Sequence record: SRR20825019_500
Strand: one strand, 5' to 3'
Length of the DNA stretch: 38,785 nucleotides
The translations under genes and the position numbers were made by a program. Below, piece by piece: positions 10,380 through 18,338 of this stretch; positions within the stretch are counted from its first letter, which is position 1, and each line of letters starts with the position of its first letter. Under the pieces are notes generated by a model. The model worked only from the letters and a program-made list of their open reading frames with translations, was not told where the DNA came from and did no database searches.

Positions 10380-10449
10380 CCCACACTAGGGCCATTTAAT
10401 CGACCAATGGGCCCTGATGGTTTCCCGTTCAGTCCGCTATGATGGGAAC

Positions 10450-11100
10450 GTGATACCAACGACCCCACGTAGCGTTCATCAATCAAGACTGGCGAAAGGA
10501 CATCAGGGGATGTCTCTCGTCGAAGTGATGGTGGCAATGTTTATCCTGGCCACGGTGCTGATTGGTTTTCTGGGCACATTCGTGCAATCACGCCGCATTT
10601 CTGAAAGCAGTGTGATGCACGCCGCCGCTTCCAGTTTGATCTACGGCATCGTCGAGCAAATCAAAGGATTTGATTACAATACCCTATTACCCAGCACCGC
10701 AGCCGATCCCAACGCACCAAATGGTTCCAGTCCTCCTTACATTCGTGTGCGGATCAATCAGGACGACGTGGAGTGGCTCCAAACCGTCTACACCACAGAA
10801 GCATCCGGGCTCGGCCCTCAAGCTCCCACCGTCACTCCCAGTTCGACGGCCACCGCAGCCAGTTTGGGTGCGGTCGATAATTTCATCGGTCCTCTACTTC
10901 TTTCCAGCGCAGCCGGAACCCAATCACAAGCGCTCAACCTGAGGCTTTGGATTTGGGTCGATGAAATCCCCGACTCCGACAAAGACGTCACCGAAGTAAA
11001 GAAGGTCACCCTTGTTTACGCTTACCAATATCTGGACGGCCGCACCACCCGCACCGCCATTGATCGCGAAGTCTTTATTCGCACTCGATTCGACCAATGA
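10450..11100 (+). CDS. Type IV prepilin-like protein (PilV-like minor pilin)
   Basis: Class III signal ...RLAKGHQG|MSLVEVMVAMFILATVLIGFLG, with Gly at -1, Glu at +5 and a hydrophobic helix. GTG at 10450 chosen as start; the ORF opens at 10417. Confidence 0.85.
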   Translation: MIPTTPRSVHQSRLAKGHQGMSLVEVMVAMFILATVLIGFLGTFVQSRRISESSVMHAAASSLIYGIVEQIKGFDYNTLLPSTAADPNAPNGSSPPYIRVRINQDDVEWLQTVYTTEASGLGPQAPTVTPSSTATAASLGAVDNFIGPLLLSSAAGTQSQALNLRLWIWVDEIPDSDKDVTEVKKVTLVYAYQYLDGRTTRTAIDREVFIRTRFDQ

Positions 11101-11834
11101 AAATTTTCCCTAAACGCACCTCCAGGATGTCCGGATTTACGATGGTCGAAGTGATGATCAGCTCGGCGATCACGGCCCTCGTCCTCGGCGGCACCATGGC
11201 CACGTTCATGTTTGGTTTCCGCACCATGTATAAGGACAACCAACGGTTGGCGACCAATGCGACCCTGCGCTATTTCATCGCCCAGATCTCCAAGGAAACC
11301 CTCGATGCCACCGAATTTTACGTCTTCCCCGATTACCAATCTCTCGATGGCACCATTAACATTTCCAACGACGTTGCCAGTCTCCAAGCAGATGCTCATG
11401 GCACGTTTCTGGCCTATGGCGATTGCCTCGTCCTCGTCACGCGTTCCTCCATTAACGCCACCTCCAATGTGAGACAGATCCGGATCTACTACCGGGTGAC
11501 CACCAATGCGGCAACCGTTGCCCCGGTGCGATTCTACGAAGGCACCGATTATGGCGTCAATGGGACCAACACCTCTCTCACGACTCTGCTCAACGCGATT
11601 AATCTCGAGGACTACCCGTCCCTCGCCGGGTCCAGTGAGATGGTCGCCCACGCCCGCGGTAGGCTGAAGACCGGCACCAGCAGCACCTACTATCCCATCT
11701 TCTCGACGGAATCCGCGAACATGACTCCGACGAACGACAGCGTTTCCATCAATATCGAGGTCATTAACGGCTCCACGGTGAACAACCTCCTCTCAAGCAG
11801 TAGCTTCAATTACACCATTTCTCCGCGCAAATAA
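11097..11834 (+). CDS. Type IV prepilin-like protein (PilW-like minor pilin)
   Basis: MKIFPKRTSRMSG|FTMVEVMISSAITALVLGG class III signal; ATGA overlap with the upstream gene. Confidence 0.87.
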   Translation: MKIFPKRTSRMSGFTMVEVMISSAITALVLGGTMATFMFGFRTMYKDNQRLATNATLRYFIAQISKETLDATEFYVFPDYQSLDGTINISNDVASLQADAHGTFLAYGDCLVLVTRSSINATSNVRQIRIYYRVTTNAATVAPVRFYEGTDYGVNGTNTSLTTLLNAINLEDYPSLAGSSEMVAHARGRLKTGTSSTYYPIFSTESANMTPTNDSVSINIEVINGSTVNNLLSSSSFNYTISPRK

Positions 11835-11838
11835 TCCC

Positions 11839-14688
11839 ATGAAAACGAAATCCCTTTCCTTACAATGCCAACGGGGCTCAGCCTTGGTTGCCGTCATTTT
11901 TTTCGTCATGATCATGAGCTTGCTCACGGCGAATGTGATTAGTTACTCGGTCAGCGAACGCCGCTCCAACGAACGCCAACGGTTGATTTTGCGCGCCCGC
12001 AATATGGCGGAAAACAGCGCTCTCTATGCTTCTGAACAGGTCACCACAAAACTGTATCGTCTGCGGAGCACCACACCGATCGCGTTCACTTCCGGGAGTA
12101 ACCAAATTTACCTGCCACCGGCGGATGTCTTGACGACTAAATTCTCCACCACCGCAGATACCAGTGTGCTCGGCGGGCTCACCTCCACCACCGGACTCAC
12201 CTTTATCGATCCCGCCGATGCCGCCAACGCGACCAATCCCAACGTGGGGCTCCAGGCGAGCACCAGCTTGGTGCCCATTATCGCAAAATCCACGATGTCC
12301 CACCCCGCCGTCGGTGCGGTCACGGCCTTTGCCCGGCAGGATCTGCAGGTTTCCCTCATTCCCCTTTTCCAATTTGCGATCTTCTACAATCAGGATCTGG
12401 AGTTCTCTCCCGGAGCGGATATGATTATCAGCGGTCCGGTTCACGCCAACGGCAATCTGATCGCGCGTTCGCAGACCGGATTTAATAACACAGTGCAATT
12501 TCGCGACCGCGTAACGGCAACGGGTGGGTTCTATGCCGATACCGCCTACAAAGGGAATATGTATAATGAATACGGCGGTGTGGATAACGGTCCGGGTGGC
12601 AACGGTCCGCTTTACTTCCAGAATCCAGCCGGTTCGGTGACCAACATTAAGAGCAATGGCGGCACATGGCGTGACCATAAATACGGTTCCAACAACGAAT
12701 CCGCCACGACACTGAACCAATTCAAAACCTTCGCTTCCGCCACCTATGGTGCGAACCTCCGCACGAGTGTCCATGGAGTGACCGATTTAGTCTTACCCGG
12801 TATCGACAGTGCCAATCCCGACGCCAACAACGGACGGGTGCTCATCGATGTTCCCCTAGCGGCTGATAACGCCGCCGAAAGGGAAACCAAGTTTTCACGC
12901 AAAACCGGCCTCTACATCGTAGTCAATGCCAGTGAAAGCGACAACGACGGCGTTCCCGATGCCACTGACCGTGGCATCCGCACTGCCAACCTTCCCGATG
13001 GAACTACGGTCAATATGCTCCCTCGGTCGTATCGGTGCTGGCTGAATACCGTCAACGCAGACGGCTCCCACACCCTGACTGAAGTCGTTCTCCCCGGCCA
13101 ACCGAGCTATGGTTACGACGATAGCGGCACTGCCCTTGATTTCACCGACGACGTGATGATCCAAAACGATCTCCCCAACCGCTTCACGGATAAAACTGAA
13201 GTCGGCATGAATCAGGTATTACGCATTCCTTTCAGTGGGCGCCTGCAGGACGAAGCTATCCAAAGCTATGCGGCCGTGAGTCTGCCTCTCATCAGGGACA
13301 ATTTAAACGACAATAACATCAAGCCGGGCTACCCCACGGGCACTCCCGAACTTACGAACGGTTCAACGGTGATTCCGGATGCCTTTTTCTACGACCTTCG
13401 TCGGGCTGACAATAGCGAGGGCTATCCCTTCAATCGTTCCTCCGGCGATCCGTTTGCGCCCCGTCCCATTGCGAAAATTGATTTCGACATGACCCGTTTC
13501 CGCTTGGCCGTTGAACGCACCATGGGCGGTGGAAATAATAGCTCCGCGGTTTACAACCCCGACATTCCCAACAACAGCAATTGGAATAACAATATCCTAA
13601 AATCGAGCGCCACTCCGAAGTCCATGGATATCAATCCCAATGCCGGTGTGTTAAGCCCGCTCGGTGTGCAAGCCTCCGACCCTTTTAAAATCTATTACCC
13701 CAACGGCACCGCTCTTGGTTCCGCCAATCTGATCAATGCAGGCGCCCCATCGCCTTGGTTTGATGGCATCACGGTCTATATCAATTCCGTCGATGCAGAA
13801 TCCCGTGCGATTGAAAACAATGATCCCGATAACAACAAGGAAGCTGATACCGGGGTAAGATTGATCAATGGCCGCGGCCCCGTGGTCAGCTTGTCTCCCG
13901 CGACTTATCCCGGTCGCACCGGCTTCAGCCTCGCGACGAATGATGCTCTCTATATCATCGGTCATTTTAACGCAGACGGCTCAATCAATTCGAACGCTAA
14001 TTCCACGTCCAATCCCGGAGGTTACAGCGCTCGCTACCGTGACAGCACTGACGAGATGCTCTGTTCCGTTATGGCCGACGCGATCACAATCCTATCTCAA
14101 CCCGAATTTACCAAATCCGGCAGCAACTACTATCAAACCAGCGGCTGGTGCGACTCGCATAGCGGCAATCGCCGTTCCTCTTCCAACTGGAGTAGCACAT
14201 GGTATCGTAGTAATCCCAGCGGCAGTAATCGAGTTGACGGCGTCAACCGTTCATTCCGGCCTTCGGAACACCCGTTCCTCGGAACATCGCACCCGGGAAG
14301 CGGTTCCAATCGCAGCACCAAATTCTCGCCCAATGAGACGGAAATTTCAGTTTGTATGCTCACTGGCATCGTGCCGACAGACAGCCACCAAACCAGCGGT
14401 GGAGTGCATAACTTCCCACGATTACTCGAAGAATGGAGTGGCACCGGCCTATACATCCGCGGTTCGATGATCGCGATGTTTAATAGCGAAGTCGCCACGG
14501 AACCCTGGAGTATCCGAATCTACACCGGTGCGGGGCGTTTCTGGGGTCTTCATCAAAACCTGCGCGACGCCAATCACGACGTCCCCCTCGAACCCGTCGC
14601 GCTCAATGCCCAACGTCTGCATTACACCGAGTTGAATGAAACCGAATACAATGCGGTAAAAACCCAGATCGAAGCGCTCCCCAATTAA
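11839..14688 (+). CDS. Large PilX/GspK-like pilin with an Asn/Ser/Thr/Gly-rich extracellular region (949 aa)
   Basis: QRG|SALVAVIFFVMIMSLL signal lacking Glu+5, the PilX/GspK hallmark. PLFQFAIFYNQDLEFSPG...GPVHANGN block; C-terminal GGVHNFPRLLEEW block. Confidence 0.8.
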   Translation: MKTKSLSLQCQRGSALVAVIFFVMIMSLLTANVISYSVSERRSNERQRLILRARNMAENSALYASEQVTTKLYRLRSTTPIAFTSGSNQIYLPPADVLTTKFSTTADTSVLGGLTSTTGLTFIDPADAANATNPNVGLQASTSLVPIIAKSTMSHPAVGAVTAFARQDLQVSLIPLFQFAIFYNQDLEFSPGADMIISGPVHANGNLIARSQTGFNNTVQFRDRVTATGGFYADTAYKGNMYNEYGGVDNGPGGNGPLYFQNPAGSVTNIKSNGGTWRDHKYGSNNESATTLNQFKTFASATYGANLRTSVHGVTDLVLPGIDSANPDANNGRVLIDVPLAADNAAERETKFSRKTGLYIVVNASESDNDGVPDATDRGIRTANLPDGTTVNMLPRSYRCWLNTVNADGSHTLTEVVLPGQPSYGYDDSGTALDFTDDVMIQNDLPNRFTDKTEVGMNQVLRIPFSGRLQDEAIQSYAAVSLPLIRDNLNDNNIKPGYPTGTPELTNGSTVIPDAFFYDLRRADNSEGYPFNRSSGDPFAPRPIAKIDFDMTRFRLAVERTMGGGNNSSAVYNPDIPNNSNWNNNILKSSATPKSMDINPNAGVLSPLGVQASDPFKIYYPNGTALGSANLINAGAPSPWFDGITVYINSVDAESRAIENNDPDNNKEADTGVRLINGRGPVVSLSPATYPGRTGFSLATNDALYIIGHFNADGSINSNANSTSNPGGYSARYRDSTDEMLCSVMADAITILSQPEFTKSGSNYYQTSGWCDSHSGNRRSSSNWSSTWYRSNPSGSNRVDGVNRSFRPSEHPFLGTSHPGSGSNRSTKFSPNETEISVCMLTGIVPTDSHQTSGGVHNFPRLLEEWSGTGLYIRGSMIAMFNSEVATEPWSIRIYTGAGRFWGLHQNLRDANHDVPLEPVALNAQRLHYTELNETEYNAVKTQIEALPN

Positions 14689-14700
14689 GAGAGCGCTCCG

Positions 14701-15309
14701 TTACGCAAGTTGAGTCTGCTCAAGCCACGCGGCCAGCGCCTGCCAAGCGCGGGCCCGGTGACTGAGCAGATTTTTTTGATCTCCCGACATTTCGGCGAAC
14801 GTGACCTCAAAGCCATCCGGCACAAAGAGCGGATCATAGCCAAACCCGCCTGCGCCTTGCGGAGCCACGAGCAATTGTCCCTCAACCTTTCCGGTGAATA
14901 CGCTCTCCGTGCCATCGGGAGACAGGAGAACAAGCACGCAAATATAGTGCGCACCGCGTTGTGCCGTCGGCACATCCCGCATGACGGAGATTAATTTGCG
15001 AAGATTAGCCCCATCATCTCCTTCCGCTCCCGCAAAATAGGCCGATTCCACGCCCGGACCACCCTTAAGATAGTCCACACAGATACCACTGTCATCCGCA
15101 AGTGACCAACCTCCCGGCGGGAGTAAAGCGCGCAAGGCCTGCGCCTTCTTACGAGCATTGCCTACGAATGTGCCGGTATCTTCAACCACCTCGGGCATCC
15201 CCCCAACCTCGCGGGCCGAAGCCAGGGCCACAGCGACGGCAGATTCGTCGGCGAGTCGTTGCAGTTCCGAGACCTTATGCAGATTACCCGAGGCTAAATA
15301 CAGTTTCAT
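14701..15309 (-). CDS. rdgB: Non-canonical purine NTP pyrophosphatase (HAM1/RdgB)
   Basis: LASGNLHK, ADDSG, PGVESA, GFGYDPLF and KNLLSHR motifs. Start 15309 (alternative 15315); overlaps the ribD 3' end. Confidence 0.95.
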   Translation of the reverse strand: MKLYLASGNLHKVSELQRLADESAVAVALASAREVGGMPEVVEDTGTFVGNARKKAQALRALLPPGGWSLADDSGICVDYLKGGPGVESAYFAGAEGDDGANLRKLISVMRDVPTAQRGAHYICVLVLLSPDGTESVFTGKVEGQLLVAPQGAGGFGYDPLFVPDGFEVTFAEMSGDQKNLLSHRARAWQALAAWLEQTQLA

Positions 15310-16444
15310 CGACATGGAATTCTTCCGGATAAACCAATCTTCCCCGAGTCAGCACATCGTCCCCCAGCACCTGATGGCGCACTTCCGACAGTCTGATCGC
15401 GTTGGCAATTTTCTCGGTGCGCAAACCATCCACCATCGGCTTGGCCCGGCCATCGGCAAAAATCATGGGGGCGCGGTAAGCAAAGAGGTAATCGATCTGG
15501 CGTTCCCTCGTCAGCTCACTGAGCAATTGTGATCCGCCTTCAAAATAGACCCCGGCAATCTTCTCCTCGGCACATTTACGGCGGAAATCGGCAATCCCCA
15601 CGCGTTGGGTCTCCGTCGGCAAACGCCAGACCTTGACTCCCATATCATTGAGTTTCCGCACATACCCCACTCCCGCATGAGGTGTCGTGACAACGATGGT
15701 GCGCTCTCGAAATTCATCGGTGTAAAGCGCCGGCATGTTTCGATCATCCACGGTTCGCAGCAAACCATCGAAAACAAATCTCCAGGGGCACCACTCTTCC
15801 ATGCCATCCAGACGAGCGGTCAATCGGGGATTATCTCCCATCACCGTTCCCGCCCCAACGGCAATTCCGGGAAACAATCGCCGCCATTTCATCACGTCGG
15901 CACGGGAAGTCTCGCTGGTAATCCACTGGGAATCACCCGTGCGACAAGCAATCCGTCCATCCAGAGTCGTCGCCGTCTTTGCCGCGAACAGCGGTTCATT
16001 CTTTGTAATCCAATGATTAAAAATCAGGTTCAGGTCGGCACATTCATCCGCGAGCACGTTTTCGATCACTTCAACACCCGCATCCCGCAAAACCTGCAAA
16101 CCACCGCCCGCGTGTTCACCGAAGGGATCGATCGCCCCGACAACCACGCGTTTAACTCCCGCCTCAATGATCGCATCGGTGCAAGCACCGGTGCGTCCAT
16201 GTGTGGAACACGGCTCCAGAGTGGTATAGAGGGTCGCGCCAATGGCGGACGAGCCCTCGGATGACTTTATGGCCACGCGTTCCGCATGAGCACCGCCATC
16301 CGGCTCCGTCGCACCTTCTCCCACAATCTGCCCCTCTTTCACCAACACCGCCCCCACCATCGGGTTGGGATGCGTGGTGCCCCATACGCTGTGCGCCAAT
16401 TCAAGCGCACGCTTCATCATAGTTTCGTGATCAGCCGCTGACAT
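15284..16444 (-). CDS. ribD: Bifunctional riboflavin biosynthesis deaminase/reductase
   Basis: PNPMVGAV, the HAE...LEPC...C zinc motif, and reductase motifs TLDGRIA...SQWIT and EGGS. Start placed at ATG 16444 (MSAAD). Confidence 0.95.
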   Translation of the reverse strand: MSAADHETMMKRALELAHSVWGTTHPNPMVGAVLVKEGQIVGEGATEPDGGAHAERVAIKSSEGSSAIGATLYTTLEPCSTHGRTGACTDAIIEAGVKRVVVGAIDPFGEHAGGGLQVLRDAGVEVIENVLADECADLNLIFNHWITKNEPLFAAKTATTLDGRIACRTGDSQWITSETSRADVMKWRRLFPGIAVGAGTVMGDNPRLTARLDGMEEWCPWRFVFDGLLRTVDDRNMPALYTDEFRERTIVVTTPHAGVGYVRKLNDMGVKVWRLPTETQRVGIADFRRKCAEEKIAGVYFEGGSQLLSELTRERQIDYLFAYRAPMIFADGRAKPMVDGLRTEKIANAIRLSEVRHQVLGDDVLTRGRLVYPEEFHVDETVFSLG

Positions 16445-17066
16445 AGGGGTTGGTTGCTCGCTCTGCTTCGACGGTCGTCTCGGGACCGTGCCCAGGATAG
16501 ACCATCGTCTTGGCAGGCAATGTGTAGATTTGTTCGCGGATAGCACGCTCAAGTTGTGCAAAATCACCACCGGGCAAATCGGTGCGCCCAATACTTCCCT
16601 GGAAGAGGGCGTCCCCCACGAAGGCCAGGCCTGCACTCTCAAAATAAAACAATACGTTTCCCGGACAATGCCCAGGCACGTGCCGCACTTCGATTTTCAA
16701 GCCGAATGCCTCCAATTCATCGCCCTGCGCAACCCACTGATCCACCAACACCGGCTCCAGATTAATTTCAAAATCCATGAAGCGCTTCATAACCTCGGGA
16801 GTTTCGATCATGATCTTATCATCCCCATGCGCCAACACCTTCGCCCCGGTCTCACGGACGACCTCGGCGGCCCCCTGCGTATGATCCCAATGCCCGTGGG
16901 TGATCCACAGCTCGCCCAAACTGCATTTTTCCTCAGCGAGGATCGGTTTTACCTTTTCCCAGACATCCCCCGGAGCATCAATCAGCAGTGCCTCATTCCG
17001 CTCGGAATCGGTCAACAAATAGGCATTGGTCTGGATTAACCCTGACGGGATTACGTGCAACTTCAT
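16431..17066 (-). CDS. MBL-fold metallo-hydrolase (glyoxalase II/YcbL-like)
   Basis: THGHWDH, PGHCPG, GDALFQGSIGRTDLPGG and PGHG motifs. Start placed at ATG 17066. Confidence 0.92.
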   Translation of the reverse strand: MKLHVIPSGLIQTNAYLLTDSERNEALLIDAPGDVWEKVKPILAEEKCSLGELWITHGHWDHTQGAAEVVRETGAKVLAHGDDKIMIETPEVMKRFMDFEINLEPVLVDQWVAQGDELEAFGLKIEVRHVPGHCPGNVLFYFESAGLAFVGDALFQGSIGRTDLPGGDFAQLERAIREQIYTLPAKTMVYPGHGPETTVEAERATNPYVSG

Positions 17067-17158
17067 CGCCGAACAGTCCATCGCATCGATACGACTTCGC
17101 GCAATCGTGAAAATTGCCCTTCACCTTTTGATCGCCTCTTGCTACTTCCGTTCCCCTT

Positions 17159-18259
17159 ATGCCGACGCTCAAGTTTGCCGTTCTTGCCGGAGACTACATT
17201 GGTCCCGAAGTTATGCCCGCTGCCCTGCGGGTGCTTTCACATGTCGCTTCGCAGGAAAACCTGCAGCTGGACTACACCGAAGCCCCCGTCGGTGGTGCCG
17301 CCATTGATAGCTGCGGTGAAGCCCTCCCGTCCGCTACGATCAAGATCTGCGAAGAGGCCGATGCGATTCTCTTTGGTTCCGTCGGCGGTCCGAAATGGGA
17401 AAGGCTTCCCACGAAGGAACAACCCGAACGCGCCGCCCTGCTCCCCCTGCGCAAGCACTTCACCCTCTTCGCCAACATTCGCCCGGGCCTGCTCTATCCT
17501 GAGCTCACCGATGCTTCGCCTCTGAAGACCACTCGCATCCCCGATGGCATCGACATTGTCTGCATTCGCGAACTGACCGGAGGAGTCTATTTTGGACAAC
17601 CCAAGAGCACGACCACCTTGGCTGACGGGGATATCGAAGCGATCGACACAATGGTCTATCGCAAAAGCGAAATCGAACGCATCACCCAAGTGGCCATCAC
17701 GGCAGCACGTGCACGCAAGAACGTGCTCTGTTCCGTCGATAAGGCCAACGTGCTCGAAACCTCCGTGCTCTGGCGTCAGACTGTGATCGATTATATCGCA
17801 AAACACGCTCCGGAAATCGAACTCACCCACATGTATGTGGATAATGCTGCGATGCAGCTCGCCCGGGACCCCAATCAATTCGACGTTTTTCTCACCGAAA
17901 ATATGTTTGGAGACATTCTTTCCGATGAAATGGCGGTAATCTGTGGCTCCCTCGGCATGCTTTCCTCCGCCTCGCTCGGCGCGAAAAGCAATTCACTCGG
18001 CAACCCTTTCGGTCTTTATGAACCGGGCGGTGGCACCGCACCCGATATCGCCGGCAAAAATCTTGCGAATCCCTGCGCACAAATTCTCTCCGCAGCTCTC
18101 ATGCTGCGCTACAGCTTTGGTTTGGATGCCATCGCCACGCGGATCGAAGCAGCCGTGCGCAAAACCGTGACCAGCGGCACCCGCACCGGCGACATCGCCT
18201 TCGGCCAATCCTCTGTCGGCACCACCGAAATGACCGACGCCATCATCGCAAATTTGTAA
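17159..18259 (+). CDS. leuB: 3-isopropylmalate dehydrogenase
   Basis: GDYIGPEV, GSVGGPKW, RELTGGVYFG, VDKANVL, NMFGDILSD and EPGGGTAPDIAG motifs. Confidence 0.96.
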   Translation: MPTLKFAVLAGDYIGPEVMPAALRVLSHVASQENLQLDYTEAPVGGAAIDSCGEALPSATIKICEEADAILFGSVGGPKWERLPTKEQPERAALLPLRKHFTLFANIRPGLLYPELTDASPLKTTRIPDGIDIVCIRELTGGVYFGQPKSTTTLADGDIEAIDTMVYRKSEIERITQVAITAARARKNVLCSVDKANVLETSVLWRQTVIDYIAKHAPEIELTHMYVDNAAMQLARDPNQFDVFLTENMFGDILSDEMAVICGSLGMLSSASLGAKSNSLGNPFGLYEPGGGTAPDIAGKNLANPCAQILSAALMLRYSFGLDAIATRIEAAVRKTVTSGTRTGDIAFGQSSVGTTEMTDAIIANL

Positions 18260-18298
18260 ACAAAGGTAGTTACTACCTGCTGCGAAAACGCGGCGACA

Positions 18299-18333
18299 TC
18301 TACTCACTACTCTCTATCCGCTACTCCCTACTT
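18299..18333 (+). repeat. Five tandem heptamers, consensus nCTACTC
   Basis: TCTACTC ACTACTC TCTATCC GCTACTC CCTACTT, ending 5 nt before the alaS ATG. Confidence 0.8.
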
Positions 18334-18338
18334 TTGTC

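Noticed and set aside
10362-10416. Reading the palindromes as an intrinsic terminator
   Set aside because: No U-tract on either strand and the downstream genes are co-oriented. An operator is favoured, although an RNA stem is not excluded.
11878-12774. 298-aa antisense ORF, and similar long shadow ORFs (8..520, 696..1505, 7553..8329, 11022..11651, 17237..17878)
   Set aside because: Each lies opposite a well-supported gene and has no recognisable motif. Such ORFs are expected in GC-rich coding DNA.
16445-16642. ORF-track N-terminal extensions of ribD (also GNAT 3088, kinase 8371, permease 28190, lipoprotein 29424)
   Set aside because: They overlap neighbouring genes or precede the evident domain or signal-peptide start. 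Downstream starts give normal proteins.
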